From Elsinoe ampelina (lineage: Eukaryota): a stretch of DNA of 64,000 nt. This document shows positions 12,162 to 26,028 of the stretch, in pieces. The notes below the pieces were generated by a model. That model was not told the origin of the DNA and ran no database searches. It saw only the letters and a list, made by a program, of their open reading frames with translations. The stretch spans positions 1,458,635 through 1,522,634 of the forward strand of contig ML992502.1 in assembly GCA_010093995.1 (NCBI GenBank). The letters are read 5' to 3'. The translations under genes were made by a program, and so were the position numbers. Within the stretch, counting starts at the first letter, position 1, and each line of letters starts with the position of its first letter.

Positions 12162-13370
12162 GGATTGCGGTATCGGAGAGGTGACCAGAGATGGTGTCCA
12201 AGCGATCCAAACCAGTACGATTGAGTTATCTACGCATCAATAGGGAGGAGGAGGAAGCAATTGACACGAACGAGGCGAGCAGCAGGCCCGAGGAGGAAGA
12301 TGTTGAGGCAACGTGAATGTGGAGACACAACAAAAATCGACACTTCTCGACGTCAAGACAATTCGAGGGCAAGCAACCGGATGAGCCCGGTGGCCGACGG
12401 CAGATGCATGGTCCGACTCGAGAGCCAATTCTGCCATCTGTCAGGTACAGAGGTGAGACTCGGGGGATTACTATGGAGTTGCGGCCGGAACTAAAGACAA
12501 ATTGCTTACCGCCTGGATGAAGCGAAGCTCGGAGAGAGTTGAAACTTTGCCTCTTCCAGCAGGTCAATGACGAATGCGCAACGAAACATGCGGTCAGGCA
12601 TTTTTTAGCCTCGAGGGCTGGTTTGTGATTGGATTCTCGAGGGGATTCCATCAATTCGAAACGCTTGTTCGTGAACATGTCTGTTTGATGTCTCTTTCCC
12701 ATGACAGACCAAGGGGACACAGAAAGGGACTTTCTGATGCCCTGGTGGTCAAAAGAAAAATGTCCAGGGGACCGAGGGGCAACGGACAGCTGCGAGCTTC
12801 CTACCCCACCATCGACAACCGAGATCGACGACGTGCATCTGCTCACCATTCTGGCGCTGAAGGGTCGCATTCTCTGCATTTCTGTCTGTGCACTGGAATT
12901 CAGTCGATCACTCACCTCTACAGCAGAGTTAGCATCACAATAATCCCCTCCGTCAAGCGCCAGATGGCCTGAAAGGCACCGGCGACACTCCAGTGACCCA
13001 TATCTAGATCTAAGTAGATTTCGAACCTTGTTTGCGATCCCCGAAGCCCCACTTTCGCTTCCAATCACCAAGAGATAAGATGTAGAGAAGTCGACAACAA
13101 TTGCTGCATGACACGTGGGATTGATTAATATACGGCGCAGTATCCTTGATCACCATACGCTGCTCCATGAACATGCATGTAGCTCTATCAGCAATCCTCG
13201 CTGCGTTGGCGTATGTACAGCAGTACAGCTCAAGCTCGCCAAATAAGGTTGAAAGAAGCTTTGATCACAAAACGCGAATCGTGTCGCGCCTCGCGTTTCC
13301 CATGTCGGCTTCTGTTCCCCGACATCGATGCCTCTACCAATTTGCATAAGTTACTGCCCTGGACAACACC

Positions 13371-13913
13371 ATGTCGAATACACTTGTCGTCGACTCTGCT
13401 AAAGCTCAGCAGAAGGTGCAGCCAAACCTGCTGCCGTGCAAAATCTCATACAATGGCCCAGTAAATGTCAGCTCCAGGTACTGGAATTCTGAGGTTGAGA
13501 CCGACGGGTCAAAGACGGCCTACTTCAGAGGTCGAAAACTGCAAGGTCGAGATGTAGTACTGCCTGATGGCTACTCTGGTAAGTCGTGACAGGACAGACC
13601 CTCTCTCAAAACTGACTCCATCCAGGTGCTGTCTTGCACAAGACAGATCGGACTATCGTGGAGGCATCACAGCCAACGGACCGTGATGAGGACATGTCAG
13701 AGCAAGAAGAAGCCCCTCAGCAATTGAAAGTTGTCGAACAGGTCGGCAGTTTCGATGCCATCACTGTTTGGGATCATGAAGCGCTTCCTGAAAGTGCCCA
13801 GAACCCTTATTTGAAGGGTGTGGAGGAATGGATCAAGCTGAGCCAAGCTGTAAGTGGCCCAAGTGTCCTGTGGATGGTCGTGTGCTGACGACGTTTAGAT
13901 CCATGGTCAATGA
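13371..13913 (+). CDS. RNH203: Ribonuclease H2 non-catalytic subunit C
   Basis: LLPCKISYNGP..AYFRGRKLQG..LPDGYSG, FDAITVWDHE..P...EWIKLSQAIH; introns 13579-13625 and 13850-13898; stop TGA 13911-13913. Confidence 0.85.
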
Positions 13914-14019
13914 AAGGCAGCATGCCGTACCAACCAGACTTATTCGTAGCATAGCGCAGGCGTATTGCATCTTTTGGACTTTGCATACCCACGTGCAGGC
14001 TGAGGCAAACTTCAACCAA

Positions 14020-14571
14020 TCAATCGGCTTTTTGAGCTTTCTTCCACTCTTTTTGCTCAGCTTGAAACTTCTCCTTGAGGGCGATATATGTCTCGTCTTC
14101 CTTGCAACTCTGCCACACTTCCTTGAAGATTCGACTTGCTTCCTCCTTCTCCTCCTTGTCCTTGTGGCCATCACTCTTTGGCAGCTGTTTCCGTTTACCG
14201 TCCTCGCCCACCGTCGCCTCATACTTCCTACCACCCTTGTGATTCGCATACCGCTTGGCCCTGGTCATGCCCATCTGGATGAACTTCCGCGCCATGTCCA
14301 TGCCCACGAAGTCGCCTTTGGCGCCATACTGCTGAAATTTCCCCCACAAATCCTGAGATGACCTTCGAGCAATATCTGGGGTCTTGAAGCGCCAGTATGG
14401 AAGCAGAATAGATTTGTATGGCTCAAATGTGAGGACACCCATCTCGCCACGTGCGATTTGATATGACATGCGTAGCTCCGTCGACTCCAGAGCCGGCGTC
14501 TCTATGTCGCTATCATGATCGGATGCCTGCGGGGTGGAGTTACGCTTTGACTTGGACTTCTTTGGTGCCAT
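14020..14571 (-). CDS. DUF4385 family protein
   Basis: YQIARGEMGVLTFEPYKSILLPYWRFKTP...DFVGMDMARKFIQMGMTRAKRYANHKGGRKY; ATG 14571. Confidence 0.8.
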   Translation of the reverse strand: MAPKKSKSKRNSTPQASDHDSDIETPALESTELRMSYQIARGEMGVLTFEPYKSILLPYWRFKTPDIARRSSQDLWGKFQQYGAKGDFVGMDMARKFIQMGMTRAKRYANHKGGRKYEATVGEDGKRKQLPKSDGHKDKEEKEEASRIFKEVWQSCKEDETYIALKEKFQAEQKEWKKAQKAD

Positions 14572-14947
14572 CGATGTGTGATCACGCTGCACTTCTGATG
14601 TTGCGGAGGGTCGCAGAGGCAAAGACGCACTGATCGTACATCTAACACCTAGCCGGGAAGAAATAATAGCAAGAATTGTTACATGGTTTCAAACGATCTT
14701 GGCAATGCTTCACAACAACGCTACCAATCTGATTGTTCGCAACGCGAGTCGTGAGTGATGAAAGTCGTGACCTGCAAGAACCGTCACGATTCAAGTGGGT
14801 CTGTGCGCGATTGATATCTTTCGCCTCATCGTGACAAAGATTTGCTCAGACACCAACAACACCTTGCACTGCCATACTCCAAGCCTCGACTGAGCAATTC
14901 GATTCAGCTCGGTCTCGAAACTCATAAGCCTTTAGAAGACGCGTTAT

Positions 14948-17900
14948 ATGCAATCTGCACAACCCGCACATCAACAAACAAGCACTCAGACCCAAGACAC
15001 ATCTTCCGCTCCCCCTCTCACCCGCCAATATGGACACGACGAACGCGATCTGCGTCCCTCATCACCTCCAAAACGAGGCTCAGATGATGGCGCAGCTTTC
15101 GAGTCGCCTCGAGTCGACTCCACGACACTCGATAGCGCAGATACTGTGTCTGCGCAAGGACTCGCCGAGCTGAATGTCCGCAACACCCCTTCGCCTTCCA
15201 ATCGCAACCGTATAGCCGAGTATGAAAGTACTCCTCTAGCCCAAGTCAAAAGACGGCCACAAGGTCCAGCGTTTGATGTAATCAAGAAGAGTCGTGCGCC
15301 AGACGATACATCATGTCCGATCGCGGAGCTCCCTAATGGTGCGCTTCATACTCAATCTCAATGGGCATATGGAAGACTGACATCATGCAGAGGTGCTAAC
15401 TCACGCACTCGCAAACCTGTCGCCCACAGATCTTGCTTCCGTTTCTCTGGTCTCCAAAAGATTCCATGAACTTGTCACGACACAACATGCATGGAGAGCA
15501 GCATTTTCACGCTTTTTCCCAGGCCCTGAGGCTCTTCGGTCTCGATTCCTCGATGAGGATTACGATGACGAGCAGGAAACACTGATCACGCCTAAGAGGG
15601 AATTTGCAAGATTGACCGCATTGGCTTCATGGAGAAGTGAGTACATCTTGCGGACAAGGCTCTTGCGTTCCCTTGCACGCGGCAAGCCGGTACAGCCAGC
15701 AGGCCCTCCATCCGCCATTCGCTCAGGCCAGAGTCATACTGCTTCTGCTACAGTCATGTACAATTCTCAGATGTTCACGACTGTCAATCATCTCCATGTG
15801 AGCTTTGGCTCCGGTCTGAACAAGCGTATACCTCACTTCATTCATGGTGCGGACGATGTTGGTACTGCTTCATCGAGTGACCCCACGACTGGCAAGGTGC
15901 AAGGATGGGGTTTGGCAGATCCCTCGACCTTCATCCAATTCTCGGACAGGTTTCAAGGAGACGCGCAGTATGGTCTCGGTCCTGGTCAGATTGTGGGTGT
16001 CCCCAATACCATGGATGTCAGCGAGCCATATGGCATGGTCTATGCCGAAGGCTTGCCTGATGGAATGGTCTACTTCCGCTTTGTGGAGGAGATGCGAGGG
16101 CGCTTTCTCGCCGCTTCGTCTGGTCTGTCAGCACCAGAGCTCGGCATACCCAAGGTTCTCTCGACTCGGGAATCGCAAACAAGTGTCTGGATCGCCAAGT
16201 CATTGTCCATTCCATCTCTAACGGACGGTATGATTGGCATCCTCTCTGCCTCATCTCTGGGTGTGCTCACCGCGTACTCCCTGGGTCCACTTGCGGCTCG
16301 AGATCAGAGACACCCTCGCGGCGAGATGACTGCTCGCTGGGTTCTTTGCCCTGGTGTTCCTATCGTCGCAATTCGGGTCGATGAGGACTATTCGTTCGCA
16401 AGACAAGGACAAAACCGAATTTGGGCAGCTGCCCTCAATGCTCTTGGTGAGGTTTTCTACATCACAAAGTTTCCGAAGCGAGCCGTGGTCAAACCTGCGA
16501 ACAATAGATTCGACGATGAAGCACGCGAAAAGCAAGCATGGCTATCTGGACGATCCATTTGCTGGAACTTGATTGAGCCCACTCGAAGGACTGCGAGACC
16601 TGATCCGTACGGTGACAATACCATTGATGGGAGCTACACCCCGCAGAGCTCCTGGAACGGAATGTGCTTGTCCCCCGAGCAGATCAAAGCCGAGACTCGC
16701 GAAATCGAAGCTTATCTTGCGAAGAAGCCAGCTGATGTGCAAGCATGTTGCTTAGGCTGGGACATGCGGAGGAAGCTGGAGGTTGACTTTGGTGGTGACG
16801 ACAGCAACAATGCAGGAGAATCTGTCCTGGTCATTGAGCCAGGACTCGACGAAGACACGACACCACTGGTGACTCGCTTCACGCGTGTGCGAAGTCAAGC
16901 ATTTCTCGAGCTGAACGAAGGCTCGGCCGCACCGTCATTGACCGAAGCGAGCACGGCCACGTCTACCCAGACTTCGATGTTTGGCGGATCATCAACCTCG
17001 TTCGATCCCGGAGACACCGAAGCGTCCTCAGTCTCGGGTTATGACGACCTGTCGACGCCGACTATCGCCAGCGAGGAATGGCGATCCACGTCTCTCTCCT
17101 TCGGCGGGTTGAAAGGCGTCCAGGTGACGGCTTCGGCTCTTGACCTGTCCACTTTTGCAACTACCACGACGCAGGAAGACCCGATCTTGAACTTTTCCGG
17201 AGCCTCTGTCACGTCTTCACCCTCTCTGACACCAATGTCAGCAACCGGAACTTCCCTGGACTCGTCCGACATTCCTGGTCAACGTAGCCGGCTTCTTGCC
17301 CTTGGCACGTCCATGGGTACTATCCTTCTCTACAATCTCCGCGCCAATATCCCACCGACCAGTCTGCCAACAATACTGTCTCCTCTCCGCATGATCCATA
17401 CTTCCTCCCCGTCCATTTCCACTTTGGCTCTGTCGTCCCTGTACCTGGTTCATGGCGGTACCGACGGCCTCGTCCAAGCATGGGATCCGCTCGCATCCTC
17501 CTTGAACCCAATTCGCACTCTTCACTCTCGCTTTTCCTCCCGCGCCCGCCGCAGACTCGCCCAAGCCGCAGCCTCCCCTGCCGGTGTCGGCATCAACCTC
17601 TTTGCAGCAGGCGCCATCTGTTTGGACCCTGACCCCACCGTCCTCCGCGGCGTCGTCAGCCTCGGCACGCACCTCTTCTACTGGCACTTTTCCTCCTCAG
17701 CGGCCGACGCCTACAGATCCCACAAGCGGCGCCTTCGCCGCTCAGAGCGGATGAGCAATTCCGGCGGCGAGAAGTTCGTGCCCACACCTCGACAAGGCGG
17801 GACGCGACGCTTCATCGAGAACGAGAAGTGGGAGTTGGAAAGGGAAGAAGAGCGCGAACGACGCGAGAAGGAACGTGTCGGAAGACGCTTCGGTACGGAT

Positions 17901-18446
17901 CTGCTCGGGGAGAGCGCCACGGAAGAGGAAATGTTGGCTTATGCCGCGCTTCTCAGCCAGGAGGCGTTCGTAGAGGAAAGCGGAAGGAGGGGGAACGAGA
18001 CGCCCAGCGAGCCCAAGTCATCGAGCCAGAGACAGGAGAGCGAGGATCAAGGACAAATGGAAGAGGACGAAGCGCTAGCCGAGGCGATCCGTCTGAGTCT
18101 CGCTTCCGCAGAGGCCGTGCCCGAGACTCCCTCCTCCTCCACGTCTCCCTTTGTCTCAGAGGGAGACAAGTTTAGCATTCCCTTCCGCTATGCAAAAGGC
18201 AAGAAGCGCACGCCCAGGAGTAGTCCTCGTTTTGGCGCCACGGCAGGCGCGAGCGACGCGAAGGAGAAGGATGAGCTGGAGTTTGCGCTGGAGATCAGTA
18301 TGGCTGAGGAGAGGAGTAGGAGGGAAGCGGAGGAGGTGGGTGGGGATTGGGAGCATGTTGGTGGGGAGGGGGAGGAGTTTCCTGGTTTGCCTGGTGGAGG
18401 GCCGATGGGGAAGGGAAAAGGGAAGGGGAAGGGGAGGGCTGGGTAG
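14948..18446 (+). CDS. F-box/WD-like protein with C-terminal UIM-like motifs (Pof10-like)
   Basis: F-box LPNE|VLTHALANLSPTDLASVSLVSKRF across intron 15339-15390; WD-like LVHGGTDGLVQAWD; UIM-like EDEALAEAIRLSL and DELEFALEISMAE. Confidence 0.85.
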
Positions 18447-18609
18447 ACGGCTTATCCGACGGGGACTTGGTCTCGCGAGGTAGAATAGATTTTGGAATAT
18501 GAATTTGGGTGTGACTGAAGTAGGCTGGAACAGTGAATTGTGTCTTTTTTGATGTGGTGTAAAATCAGACGCTACAAGAAAGTGAATAGAGCTTTGCGCA
18601 AATCTGACT

Positions 18610-19672
18610 CTACTTCCTCGCGGCAGCCACCTCCTCGTCCAACGGCAGGATATTCGGCAGCGGCCCCAGAGGCGTAATACTATGCGGATTAATCTGCCTG
18701 TGACTCTTGGTATAATGATTCCTGATGTGCTCAAACTCGGTCGTCTCCCCAAACGCCTTGTGATTCCAGTACAGATTCCGCACCCACTTGTGCAAATTCG
18801 GGTACCCGCTCCTGATATCCCTGATGTTGCACTTGAAGTGCTGCACGTACACGGGGTCGAAGCGGACGATGGTCGTGTACAACCTGACATCGGCTTCGGT
18901 GATGCGGTCGCCGAAGTAGAATGGTCCCTTGGAGGCGGCCAGGTCGGCCTCGGCGCGGTCGAGGGAGGCGAAGAGGGTGGTGACGTTTTTCTTGTAGGCT
19001 TCTTCCGTGGTGGCGAAGCCGGATTTGTAGACGCCGTTGTTGATGTCGTTGTAGGTCCAGTCGTTTGTGGAGTTGATTTGGGATTCGAGGTCCGAGGGGA
19101 GGAGGTCGAGGGATTTGTAGGGTTCTGGGAGCAGGGGGTCGAAGGCGTGGTAGAACATGCGGATGATTTCGCTGGATTCGTTGTTGACGATGCGTTTTTG
19201 TTTCTTGTCGTAGAGGGTGGGGACGGTGAAGCGGCCTTCGTAGTCGGGGTTGTTTTCGAAGTAGATATGGCGGAGGTGGGTGTAGTCGGGGTGGAGGGGG
19301 TCGGGGCCGGTGTTTTCACCTGGGAGCTTCTCGTCGGGGGTGGCGAAGCGCCAGCCCTTGTCGAGCATGTGCCAGTGGACGGAGGTGAAGGTGATGATGT
19401 TTTCAAGACCTTTGAGCTTTCGGACGATCAATGCACGGTGGGCCCAGGGGCAGGCGTAGGAGACGTAGAGATGGTAGCGGTCTTTCTCGGCCGGGAATTT
19501 GGCGCCGGGCTCGCTTGAGATCCAGTCGCGGAATGTAGACTGCTGGCGCTTGAACTCGCCATCTTTTCCTGCCCAGTTGAGGATGGAGGAACCTTTGTCG
19601 CTATTGCTCTGGCGTGGTGTCAGCGCTGTTCTGTACCACAGCTTCTGCGCGGGGCATGTCACTCACGGCCAT
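18610..19672 (-). CDS. ECM4: Glutathionyl-hydroquinone reductase / omega-class glutathione transferase
   Basis: GEFKRQQSTFRDWI, RYHLYVSYACPWAHR, FTVPTLYDKK, IVNNESSEIIRMF, INNGVYKSGFA, RFDPVY; ATG GCC then intron 19609-19666. Confidence 0.93.
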
Positions 19673-20326
19673 GTTTCGAGTCTGCAAGTTAGATTTGATA
19701 TGTGAAGCTATCTGTCCGAGTCGCAGTCTTGCTGAAAGCATAGGAAATCGAAGAGATCAGGAGATGCTACTTGTGGTAGATGTAAATATATGACGATACA
19801 TTACCAACGCATTAGAAAGCCCGCCCTCGCCTTGAACCCGCGCCGTGCTCTGTCAACGATGACGTGCAGTTTGTCAGGGAGGGACAGCTCTTCAAAGAGC
19901 AGGCGGTGAGCTGCTGTCGATCTGCCCGGCTTTTGTCGGTTGATTTTGCTAGACCAGCTCCGCCCACTCACAGCAATCAAGCAAACTGTGAGCCTACTAG
20001 GCAGTCTTGTGATTTGTTTTCCGAACTTTTTTCCGGCCGGAAAAAAAGTCATGGATTTCTGCTCGCGCTCCACTATTGCAGAGCATCATTATTGAGTCGA
20101 GGTATAAGCGCGATCAATTAGTGCGGTGCCGAATGATGATAGGGTTAGGGTTATTTATGGGTCTTTTTCACCCGCAGCCCCTCGACGTGTGGGGTTTTGC
20201 AGCTGCTCGGGTCAGTCAAAAAATTGTAGCTCAGGGACCATTTTTGTTATCCCCCCTGACGCGTTTTTTCTCGAATGCGAATGCATCTTCCCTCCCATCC
20301 ATAATCAACGGACGAATTGACCAGCC

Positions 20327-23300
20327 ATGGCTGACGAGACGATCGATAAGCTCATCGCCCTCGAGGTCAAGGATGGGAACAATGTCGTCCGACTTTGCGA
20401 GGGGAAGAGCTTTGGTGCTCAAAGGAGCGTTGCTGGAGAGCTCGTCTTCTCTACGGGCATGGTGGGTTATGAGGAGTCCATCACAGACCCTTCATATCGC
20501 GGGCAGATCCTGGTTATGACCTATCCCCTCATTGGCAACTATGGAGTACCAGACAGAGATGAGAAAGACCCTCTGCTCAAGGATCTCCCCGCCCACTTCG
20601 AGGCCAGTCAGATCCACGCAGCTGGACTGATCGTGGCTTCCTATGCCGGCGAGAACTACTCACACCACTTGGCCACCTCTTCTCTGGGAAAATGGCTCAA
20701 GGAGCAGAACATTCCCGCCATCTGCGGTGTCGATACTCGAGCTCTGACCAAGAAGATCCGAGTCAAGGGCAGCATGCTTGGCCGACTCCGACTGCAAATT
20801 CCAGACACACCGAACGGAATCCCAGCCATCACTAAACCCCTCCAGAACCTGGTAGCTGGGCTCGCCAATGGCATCAACGGAGGGTCAGGTTACAATACAC
20901 CAGTCTCGAGAAATGAGTTCGAGGAAATCGCTTGGTCGGATCCCAACATCGAGAACCTTGTCGCCGATGGTTAGCATTGCCCATTCGTCGGGTCTACATT
21001 TTACTAACAGACGTCAGTCTCTATCAAAGAACCAAAAGTCTACAAACCCGATCCCTCGACCGCACTCAAGCACCCATCTGGCCGACCAGTCAAGGTCGTC
21101 TGCGTCGACGTTGGTCTCAAATACAACCAGCTGAGATGCCTCGTTTCTCGTGGAGTCGAAGTTGAGGTCGTTCCTTGGGACTATGACTTCCCTCGTCTGG
21201 CAGGGAAAGAGTACGATGGTCTGTTCATCTCCAATGGTCCAGGAGATCCTGCAAAGATGGAGACAACAGTCGGCTACATTCGAAAGGCACTCGAGGAAGC
21301 ACGTATGCCAATCTTTGGTATCTGCTTGGGACACCAACTTCTCGCCCGCGCAGCAGGAGCAGAGACAGTCAAGATGAAGTACGGCAATCGTGGACACAAC
21401 ATTCCTTGCACAAATCTCCTCTCTGGCAGGTGCTACATCACCTCTCAGAACCACGGGTTCGCGGTCAACGCTGAAACCCTGCCCGAGGAATGGAGTGAGC
21501 TCTTCGTCAACGCAAACGACGGCAGCAACGAAGGTATTCGACATGTCACGCGACCATACTTCAGTGTGCAGTTCCATCCCGAAAGCGCACCCGGTCCTCA
21601 TGACACTGAATTCCTGTTCGACGTCTTCATGGATACAATCAAGAACTGCATGAACGATCCAAGGATGATGCAGCAAGCAGTGAAGTTCCCTGGTGGCGAC
21701 GTAGTCGAGAACGAGAAGCTTCACCCCCGAGTCAACGTGAAGAAGTGCCTTGTGCTTGGAAGTGGCGGTCTCAGTATTGGACAGGCCGGCGAATTCGACT
21801 ACTCCGGCTCACAAGCCATCAAGGCTCTCAAAGAGGAAGGCATCTACACGATTCTGATCAATCCCAACATTGCCACTATCCAAACCTCGAAGGGACTTGC
21901 AGACAAGGTCTACTTCTTGCCAGTCAACGCTGATTTCGTCCGCAAGGTCATCAAATCAGAGCGTCCGGATGCCATCTACTGTACATTCGGTGGGCAGACT
22001 GCCCTCTCTGTCGGTATCCAGCTTAAGGATGAATTTGAGGAACTCGGTGTCAAGGTTCTCGGCACACCGATTGACACAATCATCACCACGGAGGATCGAG
22101 AGCTATTTGCCCGCAGCATGGAATCTATCGGCGAGAAGTGCGCAAAGTCCGCGTCGGCCACCACCATGGAAGAAGCCATGGCTGCTGGCCAATCCATCGG
22201 CTTCCCACTGATCGTCCGCGCGGCTTATGCTCTTGGTGGACTCGGAAGTGGTTTTGCTGAGGACGAGACCCAACTCAAAGAGCTGTGCGAGAAGGCCTTT
22301 GCAGCAAGCCCCCAAGTTCTCATTGAACGCAGCATGAAGGGATGGAAGGAGATTGAGTACGAAGTCGTACGTGATTGCAGGGACAATTGTATCACCGTGT
22401 GCAACATGGAGAACTTCGATCCCCTGGGAATACACACTGGGGATTCGATCGTTGTGGCACCTTCACAGACTCTATCCGACGAAGACTTTATGATGCTTCG
22501 CTCCACAGCTGTGAACGTCATCCGGCATCTTGGAGTGGTTGGAGAGTGCAACATCCAATATGCTCTCAACCCTGACAGCAGAGAATACTGCATTATCGAG
22601 GTCAATGCTAGGTTGTCAAGATCTTCAGCTCTGGCATCCAAGGCCACCGGCTACCCTCTGGCTTTCGTCGCTGCCAAACTCGGTCTCAACATTCCTCTCA
22701 ACGAGATTAAAAACTCTGTCACAAAGAAGACTTGCGCCTGCTTTGAACCGTCGCTCGACTATGTTGTTGTCAAGATCCCCAGATGGGACCTGAAGAAGTT
22801 CACTAGGGTCTCCACTCTCCTCGGATCATCCATGAAGAGTGTGGGTGAAGTCATGAGTATTGGCCGCACTTTTGAAGAGGCTATTCAAAAAGCGATTCGA
22901 TCCGTCGATGTCAGCAATCTCGGCTTTGGACCTACGAATGACGCCCTGATGTCTATCGATAGCGAGTTACAGACCCCTTCAGATCAGCGCATGTTCGCCA
23001 TTGCCAATGCTATGCACAGCGGCTACACTGTCGACAAGATCTGGGAGCTGACTAAGATTGATAAGTGGTTCCTCAGTCGTCTCAAGGGGCTCAGCGACTT
23101 CATTCTCCAGCAGAATGGTCTGAAGGTTGATAGAATCCCGTTCCATGACTTCCGCAGGGCGAAGGAGCTGGGTTTCTCGGACAAGCAGTTGTCAATGTTC
23201 TGGTCGACAAATGAACAGACAGTTCGCAAAGCAAGACTTGATCTCGGCATCTCTCCTGTGGTCAAACAGATTGACACTGTCGCGGCAGAGTTTGACGCCT

Positions 23301-26028
23301 TCACCAATTACCTATACCTGACATATAATGGCACAGAAAGCGACATCAAGTTTAATGACCAGGGAATCATGGTGCTCGGATCAGGAGTTTACCGTATCGG
23401 ATCATCTGTTGAATTCGATTGGTGTTCAGTCACTACTGTGCGAACGCTGCGCGAGAGTGGCTACAAGACGGTCATGGTCAATGTAAGTTCTGGTTAGCAT
23501 GGTTTTGACCCAGCAACAGTCGACTAACGTGATTGCTCAGTACAACCCAGAGACAGTGTCTACTGACTACGACGAAGCCGACCGCCTTTACTTTGAGAAC
23601 ATCACGCTCGAGACCGTCATGGACATCTACGAACTCGAGCACTCCAGTGGTGTCATCTTGTCGATGGGTGGTCAGACTCCCAACAACATCTCACTCCCAC
23701 TCCACCGCCTGCATGTCAAGATTCTCGGCACATCGCCAGAGATGATTGACACCGCAGAGAACAGATACAAGTTCTCCCGCATGCTTGACCGCATTGGTGT
23801 AGATCAGCCGCAATGGAAGGAACTCAGCAATATCGACGAAGCGAAAAAGTTCTGCAACGATGTCAAGTACCCTGTGCTTGTCCGACCTTCTTACGTCTTG
23901 TCCGGTGCAGCCATGAACACAGTCTACTCCGAGCACGACCTTGCTAATTACCTCAATCAAGCCGCCGAAGTCTCACAGGACCACCCAGTCGTAATCACCA
24001 AGTACATTGAGGGAGCAAAGGAGATTGAGATGGATGCTGTGGCTCAGAATGGTCAAATGATTGGCCACTTCGTCTCCGAGCATGTCGAAAACGCAGGTGT
24101 GCACTCTGGAGATGCCACCTTGATCCAGCCACCGCAGGACTTGGACCCCGAGACTGTCCGCCGCATTGAGGATGCGACAAGGAAGATTGGCAATGCTCTC
24201 AACGTTACCGGGCCATACAACATTCAGTTCATCGCCAAGGACAACGAGATCAAGGTCATCGAGTGCAACGTCCGCGCTTCGAGGTCGTTCCCGTTCGTCT
24301 CCAAGGTCACTGGACTGAACCTGATTGACATGGCCACCAAGGCTATTGTTGGGCTGCCTGTCATGGCGTACCCTCCCGTCAACATTCCTGCAGACTATGT
24401 GGGAGTCAAGGTCCCTCAGTTCTCCTTCTCACGTCTCTCTGGCGCTGACCCAGTTATGGGCGTAGAAATGGCGTCCACCGGTGAGGTTGCTTGCTTTGGT
24501 CGCACCAAGTATGAGGCGTATCTCAAGGGTCTCATCTCGACTGGGTTCAAGCTGCCAAAGAAGAACATTTTGCTCTCCATCGGATCCTTCAAGGACAAGA
24601 GCGAGATGTTGCCGTCGATTCAGAAGCTGGCCAAGCTCGGGTACACACTTTTCGCGACCGCCGGTACTGCCGACTTCCTCGAAGAGCATGGCGTCCCTGT
24701 CAAGTTCCTGGAAGCCTTGCAAGATGATCAACAGAGAGCTGAGTACTCACTCACTCATGCTCTTGCCAACAATCTCATCGATCTGTATATCAATTTGCCC
24801 TCGGCGAACAGATTCCGCAGACCTGCGAACTACATGAGTAAAGGGTACCGGACTCGTAGGATGGCTGTCGACTACCAGACCCCTCTGGTGACGAATGTCA
24901 AAAACGCAAAGATCTTGATCGAAGCCATTGCCCGGAACTACGACCTTGCCGTCAGCCGCGTGGACTTTCAGACCTTTGCCGAAATGCCCTCCGCGCCCCT
25001 CGCTGAGGTGCCACAGAAAGAGAAACGCTCGCTGAAAGACATGCTGCGCAATTCGCCATTCACTGGTCGAGACATTCTCTCCGTGTCCGAGATCAGCAAG
25101 TCTGAGCTCCATCTGCTCATGACCATTACTTCGGAGATGGCACTTGGGGTGGAGCGCCAGGGCAGTCTCGACATCCTCAAGGGCAAGCTTCTTTGCTTGA
25201 TGTTCTACGAGCCTTCGACTAGGACTTCGTCGTCCTTTGATGCTGCCATGAAGCGTCTCGGTGGGCAGACAATGATGATCAATGAATCTGTTTCCTCGAC
25301 CAAGAAGGGAGAAACCTTGGAGGATACTATTCGCACTCTTGACCAATACGGAGACGCTATTGTCCTTCGTCACCCATCGGACGATAGTGCCGAGATAGCC
25401 GCAAAGGCAGCTGACAATCCGATCATCAACGCTGGTAACGGATCTAGGGAGCACCCCACCCAGGCATTCCTTGATCTGTACACGATGCGCCAGGAACTGG
25501 GTACCGTGAACGGGCTGACGATCACTTTCGTGGGCGACTTGAAGTATGGCCGCACGGTCCACAGCTTGTGCGAACTCCTCAAGCACTACAAAGTTCACAT
25601 CCAGCTCGTATCTCCGTCGGCTCTCGCTATCCCACCCAAAGTCCGCAAGGCACTGGATAGACGAGGACAGTTGGAATTGGAGACTGAAAAGTTGACGTCC
25701 GAGATTGTCGCCAAGTCTGATGTTCTGTACATCACTAGAATCCAGAAGGAGAGATTCGAGGACGCAAGCCTATACGAGAAGGTGAAGGGTGAATTGGTCG
25801 TCAGTGCGGAGACATTGAGGTCGGCGAAGCAGAACATGATCGTGATGCATCCTTTGCCAAGGAACGAAGAGCTGAGCAGGGAAGTCGATGACGATCCCAG
25901 AGCGGCATACTTCAGACAGGTGAGTAGTCGGTTCATTATCGTGAGTTTGACAGTGCTGATATTCCCCGCAGATGAAGTACGGCATGTACGTACGCATGGC
26001 TTTACTGGCGTTGGTCATGGGGAGTTGA
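20327..26028 (+). CDS. URA2: Pyrimidine-specific glutaminase-carbamoyl-phosphate synthetase-aspartate transcarbamylase (URA2/pyrABCN), about 1847 aa
   Basis: GATase [10 protein letters not shown] and FSVQFHPE; CPSase [30 protein letters not shown]; ATCase [26 protein letters not shown]; introns 20970-21017, 23483-23540, 25920-25971. Confidence 0.97.

Noticed and set aside
12226..13071. 281-aa minus-strand ORF upstream of the CFA-like gene
   Set aside because: Non-ATG start, no motifs or coding-like composition; probably promoter/5' UTR.
18156..19518. Long overlapping ORFs (416 aa minus strand, 278 aa plus strand), and similar ones over REX4, the chitinase and MFS genes
   Set aside because: Alternative-frame or antisense artefacts of GC-skewed codon usage; no recognisable domains.
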